Assembly (NCBI GenBank): GCA_030695905.1
Contig: JAUYOL010000023.1
Location: forward strand, 1-56,271
Length of the DNA: 56,271 nucleotides
From: Candidatus Omnitrophota bacterium
GTDB taxonomy: Bacteria > Omnitrophota > Gorgyraeia > 2-01-FULL-45-10
Direction: 5' to 3'
In this document: positions 7,601-17,077 of the stretch, in pieces
How the letters are laid out: each line of letters begins with the position of its first letter
How positions within the stretch are numbered: position 1 is the stretch's first letter
The notes under the pieces: model-generated
What the model saw: the letters and a program-made list of their open reading frames with translations, nothing else
Databases searched by the model: none
Told to the model about the DNA's origin: nothing
Made by a program: the position numbers and the translations under genes

Positions 7601-10600
7601 TATGATACAACTGCGCAGACGTGGAGCCAGCTTAAGTCTCTCCCAGCTATACCATCGCCCCTACAGCAGTTTACCAGTATAGCGGCTACCAGCATAGTGG
7701 ATACAGGGGAAGATTGGTTATACGCGTATAACGCGACATGGGGTGAGAATTTTATACGTTATCACACCGTAAAAGATACATGGGACACATCGAAGTTTTT
7801 ACCGTCAGCCCCACGGTCCGGCAGCGCGATGTGCGGTTACAACGGTTATATTTATTATATTAGCGGAGATGCATCGGGTACTTTTTATCGTTATGATATA
7901 GCCGGTGATGCGTGGGATTCGTTATCTTCCTCCCCACAAATATTTTCAAATAGTGGAGTCAGCATGGCGGTATCAACTTATAGCGGCGAGCGCGCCATAT
8001 ATGTGACAGGCGGCGAAAATCAGACGGGATTTTATAGATATGACATCCCTGCCAATACATGGACGACGCTTAGCTCTCCAGGGACATTTGGCGCCGGCAA
8101 TGCCTTGACTGCGGTAGGGGGATATATTTATGCGCTCAAGGGTGGCGGCACGGTTTTGTGGAAATATAATATAGCAACTGGGACATGGGATGCAACAGCA
8201 TATACTGTGCCTTCAGTAGGATCGGGCGGCAGTATAGTTTATCCCGGTTCCGGCGATTGGGCATATATTTTATTGGGCAACAATACCCCTACCTTATACA
8301 AGTATCATTGTACAGCTGGAAATTCGGTTAAGATCAGGGACTGTCCTGTGAATGTCAGAGAAGCACAGTCTAAGATGGTCTACCCGGGATTTGGAAATTA
8401 TATGTATTATTTACAGGGAATTTCTTTTTCTACTACCGATGATTCATCCGTATTTTTAAGGTATTCCATGACTGCGGATTCATGGGAAGAGCTTATCCCT
8501 ACGTCTTTTACCAGTAAAACTCCTGCGGCATTGGCTTGCGCCGACGGGACAAATTTCTATATATTTCAGTCCCCATATAGCAGGTTGTCCAGCTACAAAG
8601 CCTTTTCAATAGGCGAATATGTATCCGATATGAAGGAGGTTGGTAACCATGATGGCTGGGGTAATGTAAGCTGGGACGCCAACGGTTTACAGATGATGGA
8701 TATAAGGGCCCGGTCGGGAAATGACGCCAATCTTAACGACGCCGTCGAGTGGCGTCTGGCGCCGTCCATCCAGAATCCCGTTGATTTGGATGCCTTAAGT
8801 TCCATGCGCGTTGCGGACAGGTATTTTCAATATAGGGTCGTTTTAGCTACCGACAAACTAAGCGAGACCCCGCAATTACAATCGATAAATTTCGATTATG
8901 AAAGATATGGCTACACCACGCAGGAGATTATCTCGCGCGTATTCGATTCCGGGCGTGCGAATAATCGTATTATGTCCATAAAGTGGAGTGAAACTCTTCC
9001 TGTAGGCACTGACATACGTTTCCAGATGAGGACGGCTTCTACCGCAGCCGGTTTAACGGATATTAATACACCTCCCTGGCTGGGGCCCGGCGGAACGCAA
9101 GTTTTTAATTATCCGTTTGACAGCGCGGTATCCTATGAAAAAGACGACCATATTAAGCTCGATGAAACAGCAGGTGTGGCCAGGCTCTATAAAGATCTCG
9201 AGGACCATCCTTATTCTCACGCGCTTACCCTTTATAATAAGACAGCAACCGATCTAACTAACCAGATAGTGTCTGTCCACATACCTTCTTCATATGAGCA
9301 TTTTTGGCAGCATATCCGCCCTGACGGCGCAGATGTAAGGTTTCACGATGGGGCCAGCAAGATAAGCTATTTAACAAGTTCATTTGATTTCGCGAACAAG
9401 GCCGCCTGGTTTAACATAAGGGCCACTGTGCCAGCCGGCGGTTCAAAGACGATATATATGGTTTATGGTAACGGCCAGCCTGTCTCGGAATCAGACGTTT
9501 CTTTAAGAGACTATAGTTCGTTTACTACTCACCCGACCCTTAGGGCGTGGTGGGATTTTGAAGATGACACCCACAATACGTATGCGGACGATACCGGTTC
9601 CGTGGACGGTGTCAACAATAAACTAAACTTTCAACCGGTTCCGCCGACAGTGTCCCCGGAACGGATATCAACAGGCATTTTCGGATCTAAAGCTGTGAGC
9701 CTGGACGGGGTGCGTGATTATATGGTGACAGATCTTAGTCCTAATTTTACGTATACAGGCGGGAGTAAAACATTATCTTTCTGGATAAGGCCTAAACCTG
9801 ATCCTGATGGCGGTAGGATCATATCGGTTGTAAATCCTTATAATATAATAATCATGTTCGAAAACCCGAATACAGGAAAGCTGAATATCCGTGTGGGTAA
9901 TGGGGATATTGACAATGTCTTTAGCAGAAGCACTTCGAAGGCCCTTCCGTTTGATAATGCCTGGCATCATGTGGCCCTTGTCTTAAGCCCTGACAAGACT
10001 GTAAAAGTCTATATGGACGGACAAGTAACGGATACATGGAGCCAAGCCGTAACTTCATGGAGCCAATTCCTTCCCCCCATTAATCCTAATTCTACCACTA
10101 AACTTACGGTGGGTAATGTGTATCCTCTTGATTACGGTGCTGGTTTCCCGCAGTATTATTACACCGGAGACATAGATTTTATTTCGGTGTTTGAAACAAA
10201 TTTTCAGGAAAAAGAGATAAAAGACTTGTATGTGGGAGCTGATACCAAGAACCGGTTCGGCTTGGTCGTAAAAGAAGAGTCCGTCAACCAACCGGTCCCA
10301 ACCGGTTATCCCGGGGCGGGAAATATCTTTTATTACAGGGTGCCTATAATACTGGACAATTCCGGCAAGCCAGCCAAGCCGGGTCTTAGCCTGATAGATA
10401 TAAATCTTGACGGTTGGTCTGAATACTGGACGCATACAAAAGGCACGAGAAAAGATATGATGGTTACAAATTCTGATGGTGTTACAGTTTTGGGCGCTAA
10501 TTGCGATCCCGAGAACTACAATTTCGAAGCAAAGACAGCGAAAGTTACAATAGAAATCCCGGCACTTGCTGCCGATGAAATAAAAACCATTTATTTCTAT

Positions 10601-13600
10601 TACGGTAATAGCGCTACCCTCACGACAACTATCAAAAACTATAGCATAGGCAGCCCCCGTAATTTTACGGGTAAGGTAATCCATCCATATACTGATGTCG
10701 CGGCAAATAATTTTGGGGCAGGTAATTACTACACGGACAACCCAGTGGTCCAGCCTATATACGGTGTCTTCTATGACAGTGATGACGACATTAACCTATT
10801 CAGCGAGGTCGCTAACAAGCCGGCCACTACAGACATAAGATACCAGATTTCACGGGATGGGTATAACTGGTATTGGTGGGATGGTTCGGCCTGGAGCAAA
10901 ACCGATATGGGCTATAGCCAGACAAATAACGCCGCCGAAATAAATTTACATCTGGCGCAGTTCCAGACAATGCAGGGCTTCTCTTCGGGCGAACTCTCCT
11001 ATCGCGCCTGGCTACATTCTGATGACGGGTCCTTCACGCCTTCTCTGGACAAGGTAGCGGTGGGTCTGGTAACAGGCGAAACATACTATACCGACGCGTC
11101 CGGCATGGAAAAGATAAACGATCTCCATTCAAAGTATGTAGGCGATGACCGGTATATGCAGTATAAGGCTATACTCTATTCGCAGGGCAAAACAACGCCC
11201 GTATTAAACAGTGTTACCATAGATTATATCGAACCGGTCATAGCGGTCACTTCTCCCGCTCTGAACGAAGAGTGGCCTATCGGCAGTTCGCAGACGATAA
11301 GATGGACAGCGCCGGGCCTGGAGGATACGACAGGCGGGGTAAAGATAGAGTATTGGTCTAATAAAATCAATAATTGGGAAACGATAGCCGCCGCTGCCGA
11401 GAATGACGGTGAATATTCATGGCCTGTCAGCGACGATCCTAACCTATCATCTTATGTCAGGGTAACATCCAACGATGTTGGGGCCATTAGCGGGACATCG
11501 GGGAAATTTATTATAAAAGGCTTGATTATGACATCTCCTGTTGGAGGCGAGATCTGGGAGGCGGGCACCACTACCCATAATATAACATGGGACTCTTTTG
11601 GCACCGGCGGGTTACCGGAAAATCCACTGCTCAGGATCTTATATTCTATTGATAGCGGAGCGACATATCCGCCGTCTAACCTTATCGCCAGCAACCAGGA
11701 AGATGATGGTGTTCTTGAGTGGGCCATTCCCCCGGCGCTGCAGTCCGATAATGTCCGGGTGCGCATTGTGCTCCAGCAGAACGAGCAGGTAATAACTGAA
11801 TCAAAAACGGACTTTGGGGTCGTGCCGCATCCTCAAATCACGATCGAAAGCCCTGCCGGCGGAGAAAAATGGATAGCGGGGTTAAGCTATGAAATAAATT
11901 GGAAGACGAATACCCAGCAATTCGCGCCAATATTCATATTGGAATATTCGGTTGACGGAGGCGTTACATGGCCTTACACGGTCGATCCGGTGGCAGGCGC
12001 GCAGTATCTCATCGCTGAAGTTAATTCAGGAGCCATGGCTACCCCGGCCAATCCCAATAATGATTTGATAGGAACCTATAACTGGTCGGTCCCTAATGAG
12101 GTATCTTCTAATGTAAAAGTGAGGGTCAGTGAGAAGACCGTCCCGGCCAATAGAGATACTAATATAAAAGTAATATCACCGCCATCCGAAAGTTTCGAGA
12201 TAGCGGAACCATCCATAACTGTTACGGCACCCAACGGAGGCGAGGTCTGGGTTGTTGGCGACTCAAAGATGATAGAATGGCAGAATCAGGGGATTGTCGG
12301 CACTTCGTTCAGCATAAAATGGTCGCGTGATGATTTTAATTCGGTTGAGAATTCGGGTGACGTGACACCTGATGTCCCAAGTGCCTCCGGAAGTTTCCTC
12401 TGGCCGATACCTTCCGAAGTTATTCCTGCGGGAGAGACAGAGGCAATGGTAAAGATAAGGATAGTCGATAATAGCAAAGATACCCGTTATGACGATTCCC
12501 AAGAGGCGTTCAAAATTCTGGCTAATCCTAAAATTAAAATACTTTGGCCAGATGGCGGCGAGGCGCTCACGGCGGGTGTTAGATATAATATTACCTGGGA
12601 AACAACCGGAAAACTGGCGGACGACGCAAAGTATGACCTATATTACTCTACAACAGAGGTTGTTAATTGGCAGCCTCTGCAAGGTGCTACCCAGGTTGGC
12701 GTAAATAAAACTACGCATATAGGGACATTCCAGGACTTTTTTCCGCTTACCGTAACAAATCATGGCAGGATAAGAGTGGAAAGCCATAATAAGGATGCGT
12801 CAGGCAATCCGTTATATGTAGCCGAATCCGAGAATGCTTTCACCGTTAGTGAGCCTGTGATTGAATTGACTTCGCCTGCTGGCGGAGAGAGCTGGTTCGC
12901 GACAGGTGCATATGATATAACATGGAATACCATAGGTGACATTAAGAATGACAGCGTAGTCATTGAATATGCGATAGATAACGGCGCCTGGCAGACTGTA
13001 TCGCCCGCTCCGGCGCCGGCCGAGATAGCGGCAAAATCTTATCAATGGCGTGTCCCCAATAATATCGGCTCTACCTTTAAGATACGCATAACCGATAACT
13101 ATTGGGTGGGACAAGGGTACAATGTCACCGATACATCTACCGGTAATGTAATATCCCCAACAATAATGATAACACAGCCTACCCCGGACTATTATTGGGT
13201 AATCGGAGTACAGGGTACGGTCTCCTGGACCACGACGGGCGGTGAGACAGGCGCTATAAAGAAATTAAGGGTCCGGTGCATAGCCGATGCCTCGCATACA
13301 TATATTATCGGAGAAGTTACAGATCCGGCTGTCATAGCATCCAATGCCGGCAGCCTTAACTGGACGGTCCCGGCGGATGCCCCTGATTCAAAAGGCGCGA
13401 ATAAAGCCATTATAGAGATATCCGATACGGATCCTGATGGAGTCGGTGTTATCAAGACGGGGGAATTTAATATTAAAGCCCCTTCTTTCCTGATAAATGA
13501 GCCTTCTTTGAGGCCTTCCTGGAAAGTCGGGACGCCGCACACTATAAGCTGGACTGACCTCGGCAGTATTCAGTATCCCGTGAAGGTATTTTGTCGTACC

Positions 13601-16600
13601 AGTGGAGGCGCTACGGTCTATCTGGGGCAGGTTGATAATCCGGGGGCAGCATATTCGTGGAATGTCTTTGATAATCCCGGTGGCACAAGCATCCCAATCG
13701 GAACATCGTATATAATCCTCGAAGATTCACATACGCCTCCTATTGTCACAAAATGGGATGACCCTATCCTAAGAGAAGGCCTGTTTTACGTTGAGGCGCC
13801 GAGGATAAATGTTTCCACGCCATCCGGCGTAAAATGGACGGAAACCGATACGCAAACCATATCCTGGGCGGCCGAAGGCAAGATGATGGGCAATATAAAA
13901 GTTGAATGGTCGAAGCCTGTCGGCGGAGTGGAGCAGATCCAGAGCCCTCCGATTGCCAGTGGACTTGCGGCGGATATCACAGAGGCGCAGTGGGTTAACA
14001 TTCCGCCCGAGGCGGTAGGCAGTCAGGTGCGATTAATAGTAACGGATGTGGATTCGCCGTGGGGAGTAAAAGGTTCATCCGCTCTTTTTACGGTATTCGC
14101 GATCCCTGAATTTACGTTTTTGAAGATTTGTGATCCCGCGACAGGGGAAGAAGTCGATAAGATGCGCATAGGTAACACGTATAAGATAAAATGGGACGAT
14201 AACAACGGCGCTTTCAGCAATAGCCTGGAACTCGATTACTTTACCCAGGCGGAAGGATGGCGCGACATTGCAGGCGCTTCTCCTATTCCAAACCAGAAGG
14301 AATTTTTATGGAAAGTCCCTGACATCGGCATTACGCCATGCGCGAACGCACAGGTGAAAATATCCGATACTACGCCATGGCAGTCGGGAAATCCCAACGT
14401 GACTACGCTTGAATCAACCGTGCTTCCGCTCGTCCGGCCCGTTTTTGAAAACGTAATAGTCGCTAAAAACGCCTCCTCTAATGTCCATGAACAGTATATC
14501 GCATATGGTGAGAGCCCTGTCATTAAGTGGCAATCCGATGGACATATAAACGAGAATGCCGTCCGTATCCGGCTTATTACCGAAACACAGGATATAACAA
14601 TCGGTTCGAACCTTGCCGATGCCGGTAGTCACGCCGGGTGGATAATGCCCGATATCCCGGTAAGCAGCCAGGCGAAGATTTTAGTAGAGGATGTTGTGGC
14701 GGATTATGGCGGCATAAAGGTCATCGATGAATCAGCAGTATTCAATATTATTACAAAGCCTGAACTTAGACTTCTTTCTCCTGATGGGGCCGAGGACTAC
14801 GTTATAGATAAGGACACTATCCCGATTACATGGGAATCAAAAGGATTGACCGTTGATAATGTGAAGATAGAGATGTCCGCGAATGATTTTGAAACCGCGT
14901 ATACTATCGTTGATTCGACTCCTAACGACGGGAGTTTCAACTGGTATATCATGAATGATCCCAATGTGCCCGCAGGCACCCATGTTAAGATAAGGGTCAG
15001 TATGGTCGGCAGGGAAGCGGGAGTTCGTGATGAGTCAAATAATTATTTTACAATCAGAAGCGGTTTTGACATAAGCTCGCCGTCAAAAGACATGGAAGAG
15101 GTATGGATGACGAACGAAGAAAAAGAGATACGCTGGCAGACAAGAGGGAGTATCCCCAAAGTCAGCGTCTTCTATAGTATAGACGGCGGCGCTAACTTTA
15201 TCCGTATAACCGGTCCTGAAGGCATAGACAATACAGGTGTCTTTCTCTGGAAAGTACCGAATGAGCGCACGGACCAGGAGCTCCCTGCAGATCCGTCCAA
15301 AAAAGTCATCATAAGGATCGGGGAATGGGTTGCCGCGGATCCGTATATTTCAGATTTGATCAAGAATGACTCGAATACTTTCGAGATATCGTGGTATACA
15401 ATAAAATTCTATATTATCGACAAGGATACGTATGATAACCTGAAGAGTCTGACCATAGAATGCAACGCGGATGCCGCGCAGAACTTCCCTGAATGGAAAG
15501 TCCTGGATTTCTCCGTAAATTCGCCCATATCGCACGAATTCCCTTACGGGACATTCTTGACAACATGGAATACCAAACCCACGGCCCAGGGCGTGCCGGA
15601 CTATTTTACAAGGACAGTTGAGGTAAAAGCGGATGCCGCTACCGCCGCGAAAGGTGTAATTGTGGATATGGAGAACAGGATTTCCGCCACGATAGAATGG
15701 CATGTCCTTCTCTCTACTTCCTACATGGCGGAAACGGATAAGATGGAGATGTCTACATGGCTCGAACGCAGAGGCCGCCTTGTGGAACCAAAATTCATAG
15801 ATACAAATGAAGATGGCGTGGCCGATACCATTGTAAAGGACGATTTTAAGGGGGTAACAATTTCTGTGTATGATTATGATACAGATACCCTGTTAAAACA
15901 ATTTACGGCTATCCTGCCCGACGACAGAGGTGTTTACAAATTTACGTGGGACAATACCGGTTTACAGGCGGGTAAGACATATTTTGTCAAGGCCGCTTTT
16001 ATCTATGGCGAGAATACATATACTTCAGGCTCATCGCTTGAAGTAACACAGGCAAAGAAACAACTGGAAGCGGCCCAACAGCTCGATACAATAGAGTCCC
16101 AGACAACAGTAATACAGGCGCAGACAACGGCCATACAGACCGCGGTAGAGCAGACGCTTCCGCAGAAGATCACCGAAGCGACGGGCGCTATAGAGAAGAA
16201 GGTAGACGCTACGAAGGAAGAGCTGAAGAAAGATACAGCCAGGATAATGACGGCCACGGAACAGACTATTCCCGCGCAGATCACGGAAAAAGTGGAGTCC
16301 GTTTTAAGGTCGGAGATCTTAAATAGGGAAAGCACGGTGCGCCTGGGTCAGAAACTCATGGTTCGATACCGGACTTATGCCGGGTTAGCTCCTGTAATGG
16401 ACGTGTATAATCCATATAATTTGCTTGTGATATCCCAGGCTCCGATGGTTGAAGTCGCGGGTTCGCCGGGTATCTATGAATATGAGATATTAATGGCGTA
16501 CGGTTGGAATGTGGGCGACTATACGATAGTATGTTCCGAGCCAACTAAGGGCACCATGGATGCCTTGCTTATATCCGTGATCAGGACAGACTTGGAAGAA

Positions 16601-17002
16601 GTCGCCAGCCAGGTAGCCACAATCATGGGAACGACCACAAGCCTGTCCAACCTTAAAGACGTGGCGGATACATTAAACAGTCAATTTAGTATCATAGAAT
16701 CGGCGCTCGGCAAAATAAGTACCGACCTGGTGGATAAGGTGAAAGAGGTCGCGTCCAGCGCCAATGACATCGAATCGGTATATAGCCAGCTTGTAAATAT
16801 AGGTAAAGAGCTTAAGACCCTCGGCGCCAACCAGGATGTGAATTTGAGTAAACTGCTCGAGGTCTCCAAAGAGAAGAGCCAGGATATCAAATATCTTAAG
16901 AATAAAACGCAGCAATTGAAAGCCGCCATGGAAATTAATACCAAGATGGTGGATAATATAGCTCATAAGCCCGTTACGCAGACATGGTTCGAATATAAAT
17001 AG
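4667..17002 (+). CDS. Giant (4111 aa) secreted/surface multi-domain protein, putative adhesin
   Basis: Uninterrupted 12,336-nt ORF with an N-terminal signal/anchor (FVVTCFMLFSSLYIWAAYSQ). Domain blocks are listed as separate features. The C-terminus has an Ala/Gln/Thr-rich coiled coil (QAKKQLEAAQQLDTIESQTTVIQAQTTAIQTAVEQ), one more beta-sandwich and a helical tail. No LPXTG, PEP-CTERM or T9SS-type C-terminal signal was recognised. Confidence 0.9.
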   Translation: MITMKTNLIAKRAFSGFVVTCFMLFSSLYIWAAYSQWTDSNWAPTSTYVYKTAAINTSGPGLKIDPEVVPVTDSAASDFLKGTKGPNVMIAGSPDASLELAPTVDPFPATLGQWGELPSIPAPGVYTRYMRMGDYIYCIFASGDGRQFGRIKISDMSDPAKFPKWEFLEPLPVGVSAGTAVTNDGEYIYVLRGSGSKEVYFYLPPEITDPDPGDTKFPFLSPGPGEWKKFGTDTIRLTQAANVGADIAHTGSPLSTKNGYLYVLSGGDSSIYSRYDPNGILSNLWGGRAGLTGILVNSGASLSVKPGDNYIYASIPNTNNIRKYTITDNVWATNMPPLPVDTAGHSPSFTRGARIYYPGSGEYLYACGISETYVGPYYTTKTNRGFYRFGPITGTPAWTRLDDLPAQLSEYGFVIYDPDIGTASEGTRLHLVSGKNYTRPWEYSVTNSKWNTLSQAPLRKNGMALISPGPGSDYLYYVPADTTNNFFRYTISRNRWEELKSLPDNIGSAGNRITYLNGYVYCLQGNNNSGFWRYDVSQAPGADSWDISLPPFPLTAGGGSGIVGVRSGGNDYIYALRASGTNTFYRYGVTSQAWEPMANALNVFSGNGMVYPGYQESDGYTYIYASSDGGSGNFYRYGPIEEDVDGNGDGVIGQWQARAPTLFGNGAGFMGIGAHLYYVGEGKIRASLKSGTSQNLVYYIDTNIWELKEPLPFYDGISALTSDETSIYALYGYSDGGFARFDLAGQSWNEPVVSRHGSIAGNAVSDKDKNIYFAYGYTWYNTGMDAWHIWVYSPSLRRWTGLMRCPFWIAKGTKAAYLQGKNALFITKGSGSTKLYKYDVSSGQWSDCNPGDRFYANTQVCAGYTENGTMEAVYAVGGPSGNTLYMYSPDADSWTSLITGLQVSTKQSNVMAYVNGKIYVIALGTGDLYAFDGTSWEPKGKIGGANPVSTDEGCALFNKSGSNYLYCIPSSPSDLFLRYDTTAQTWSQLKSLPAIPSPLQQFTSIAATSIVDTGEDWLYAYNATWGENFIRYHTVKDTWDTSKFLPSAPRSGSAMCGYNGYIYYISGDASGTFYRYDIAGDAWDSLSSSPQIFSNSGVSMAVSTYSGERAIYVTGGENQTGFYRYDIPANTWTTLSSPGTFGAGNALTAVGGYIYALKGGGTVLWKYNIATGTWDATAYTVPSVGSGGSIVYPGSGDWAYILLGNNTPTLYKYHCTAGNSVKIRDCPVNVREAQSKMVYPGFGNYMYYLQGISFSTTDDSSVFLRYSMTADSWEELIPTSFTSKTPAALACADGTNFYIFQSPYSRLSSYKAFSIGEYVSDMKEVGNHDGWGNVSWDANGLQMMDIRARSGNDANLNDAVEWRLAPSIQNPVDLDALSSMRVADRYFQYRVVLATDKLSETPQLQSINFDYERYGYTTQEIISRVFDSGRANNRIMSIKWSETLPVGTDIRFQMRTASTAAGLTDINTPPWLGPGGTQVFNYPFDSAVSYEKDDHIKLDETAGVARLYKDLEDHPYSHALTLYNKTATDLTNQIVSVHIPSSYEHFWQHIRPDGADVRFHDGASKISYLTSSFDFANKAAWFNIRATVPAGGSKTIYMVYGNGQPVSESDVSLRDYSSFTTHPTLRAWWDFEDDTHNTYADDTGSVDGVNNKLNFQPVPPTVSPERISTGIFGSKAVSLDGVRDYMVTDLSPNFTYTGGSKTLSFWIRPKPDPDGGRIISVVNPYNIIIMFENPNTGKLNIRVGNGDIDNVFSRSTSKALPFDNAWHHVALVLSPDKTVKVYMDGQVTDTWSQAVTSWSQFLPPINPNSTTKLTVGNVYPLDYGAGFPQYYYTGDIDFISVFETNFQEKEIKDLYVGADTKNRFGLVVKEESVNQPVPTGYPGAGNIFYYRVPIILDNSGKPAKPGLSLIDINLDGWSEYWTHTKGTRKDMMVTNSDGVTVLGANCDPENYNFEAKTAKVTIEIPALAADEIKTIYFYYGNSATLTTTIKNYSIGSPRNFTGKVIHPYTDVAANNFGAGNYYTDNPVVQPIYGVFYDSDDDINLFSEVANKPATTDIRYQISRDGYNWYWWDGSAWSKTDMGYSQTNNAAEINLHLAQFQTMQGFSSGELSYRAWLHSDDGSFTPSLDKVAVGLVTGETYYTDASGMEKINDLHSKYVGDDRYMQYKAILYSQGKTTPVLNSVTIDYIEPVIAVTSPALNEEWPIGSSQTIRWTAPGLEDTTGGVKIEYWSNKINNWETIAAAAENDGEYSWPVSDDPNLSSYVRVTSNDVGAISGTSGKFIIKGLIMTSPVGGEIWEAGTTTHNITWDSFGTGGLPENPLLRILYSIDSGATYPPSNLIASNQEDDGVLEWAIPPALQSDNVRVRIVLQQNEQVITESKTDFGVVPHPQITIESPAGGEKWIAGLSYEINWKTNTQQFAPIFILEYSVDGGVTWPYTVDPVAGAQYLIAEVNSGAMATPANPNNDLIGTYNWSVPNEVSSNVKVRVSEKTVPANRDTNIKVISPPSESFEIAEPSITVTAPNGGEVWVVGDSKMIEWQNQGIVGTSFSIKWSRDDFNSVENSGDVTPDVPSASGSFLWPIPSEVIPAGETEAMVKIRIVDNSKDTRYDDSQEAFKILANPKIKILWPDGGEALTAGVRYNITWETTGKLADDAKYDLYYSTTEVVNWQPLQGATQVGVNKTTHIGTFQDFFPLTVTNHGRIRVESHNKDASGNPLYVAESENAFTVSEPVIELTSPAGGESWFATGAYDITWNTIGDIKNDSVVIEYAIDNGAWQTVSPAPAPAEIAAKSYQWRVPNNIGSTFKIRITDNYWVGQGYNVTDTSTGNVISPTIMITQPTPDYYWVIGVQGTVSWTTTGGETGAIKKLRVRCIADASHTYIIGEVTDPAVIASNAGSLNWTVPADAPDSKGANKAIIEISDTDPDGVGVIKTGEFNIKAPSFLINEPSLRPSWKVGTPHTISWTDLGSIQYPVKVFCRTSGGATVYLGQVDNPGAAYSWNVFDNPGGTSIPIGTSYIILEDSHTPPIVTKWDDPILREGLFYVEAPRINVSTPSGVKWTETDTQTISWAAEGKMMGNIKVEWSKPVGGVEQIQSPPIASGLAADITEAQWVNIPPEAVGSQVRLIVTDVDSPWGVKGSSALFTVFAIPEFTFLKICDPATGEEVDKMRIGNTYKIKWDDNNGAFSNSLELDYFTQAEGWRDIAGASPIPNQKEFLWKVPDIGITPCANAQVKISDTTPWQSGNPNVTTLESTVLPLVRPVFENVIVAKNASSNVHEQYIAYGESPVIKWQSDGHINENAVRIRLITETQDITIGSNLADAGSHAGWIMPDIPVSSQAKILVEDVVADYGGIKVIDESAVFNIITKPELRLLSPDGAEDYVIDKDTIPITWESKGLTVDNVKIEMSANDFETAYTIVDSTPNDGSFNWYIMNDPNVPAGTHVKIRVSMVGREAGVRDESNNYFTIRSGFDISSPSKDMEEVWMTNEEKEIRWQTRGSIPKVSVFYSIDGGANFIRITGPEGIDNTGVFLWKVPNERTDQELPADPSKKVIIRIGEWVAADPYISDLIKNDSNTFEISWYTIKFYIIDKDTYDNLKSLTIECNADAAQNFPEWKVLDFSVNSPISHEFPYGTFLTTWNTKPTAQGVPDYFTRTVEVKADAATAAKGVIVDMENRISATIEWHVLLSTSYMAETDKMEMSTWLERRGRLVEPKFIDTNEDGVADTIVKDDFKGVTISVYDYDTDTLLKQFTAILPDDRGVYKFTWDNTGLQAGKTYFVKAAFIYGENTYTSGSSLEVTQAKKQLEAAQQLDTIESQTTVIQAQTTAIQTAVEQTLPQKITEATGAIEKKVDATKEELKKDTARIMTATEQTIPAQITEKVESVLRSEILNRESTVRLGQKLMVRYRTYAGLAPVMDVYNPYNLLVISQAPMVEVAGSPGIYEYEILMAYGWNVGDYTIVCSEPTKGTMDALLISVIRTDLEEVASQVATIMGTTTSLSNLKDVADTLNSQFSIIESALGKISTDLVDKVKEVASSANDIESVYSQLVNIGKELKTLGANQDVNLSKLLEVSKEKSQDIKYLKNKTQQLKAAMEINTKMVDNIAHKPVTQTWFEYK
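4990..8610 (+). other. Kelch-like beta-propeller blade region of the giant protein (about 24 blades)
   Basis: A 45-55-aa repeat recurs: xYIYxLxGxxxxxFYRYDxxxxxWxxL. Examples are GEYIYVLRGSGSKEVYFY, NDYIYALRASGTNTFYRYGVTSQAWEPM, NGYIYYISGDASGTFYRYDIAGDAWDSL and RAIYVTGGENQTGFYRYDIPANTWTTL. Confidence 0.7.
9210..10615 (+). other. DUF2341-like / LamG (concanavalin-like lectin) / DUF2341-like block of the giant protein
   Basis: DUF2341-like segments: HIRPDGADVRFHDG...WFNIRATVPAGGSKTIYMVYGNG and YYRVPIILDN...MMVTNSDG...IEIPALAADEIKTIYFYYGNS. The LamG-like core is LRAWWDFEDD...SKAVSLDGVRDYMV...KTLSFWIRP...WHHVALVLSPDKTVKVYMDGQ. Confidence 0.6.
11231..15385 (+). repeat. 13 tandem Ig-like beta-sandwich modules (protein-level repeat, 96-126 aa each) in the giant protein
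   Basis: Each unit follows I.V.SP.GGE.W..G....I.W...G......I.YS.D.G..W..I......G...W.VP........VRI. Unit starts are near 11231, 11519, 11833, 12212, 12530, 12857, 13160, 13484, 13801, 14108, 14438, 14762 and 15061. The nucleotide sequences are strongly diverged. Confidence 0.7.
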
Positions 17003-17008
17003 GAAAAA

Positions 17009-17063
17009 TATCTAACCAGGTTAGATACTCAGGTAACCTGCCATATCTAACCTGGTTAGATAT
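17009..17063. repeat. Nested palindrome: two perfect 9-10-bp-arm palindromes flanking a smaller one
   Basis: TATCTAACC-A-GGTTAGATA (17009-17027), CAGGT-A-ACCTG (17030-17040) and ATATCTAACC-T-GGTTAGATAT (17043-17063). The third element is the exact reverse complement of the first. The block sits between the giant-gene stop (17002) and the next ATG (17078). Confidence 0.9.
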
Positions 17064-17077
17064 TATAGGAGAGTGAT

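Noticed and set aside
10055-10684. 209-aa minus-strand ORF, and the many other 60-117-aa antisense or alternative-frame ORFs inside 4667-17002
   Set aside because: They lie entirely within the continuous, motif-rich + strand giant ORF. They have no RBS or recognisable motifs, and their sequences are shadow-frame-like.
11231-15385. Periodic ~300-nt structure as a CRISPR array or tandem DNA repeat
   Set aside because: The periodicity is at the protein level (13 Ig-like modules, 288-380 nt). The units are diverged in nucleotide sequence, there is no repeat-spacer organisation, and the frame is continuous.
16040-17002. The C-terminal coiled coil/helical tail of the giant protein as a phage tail-fibre or prophage remnant
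   Set aside because: No phage structural, integrase or lysis genes are nearby, and the region is in frame with the rest of the 4111-aa ORF.
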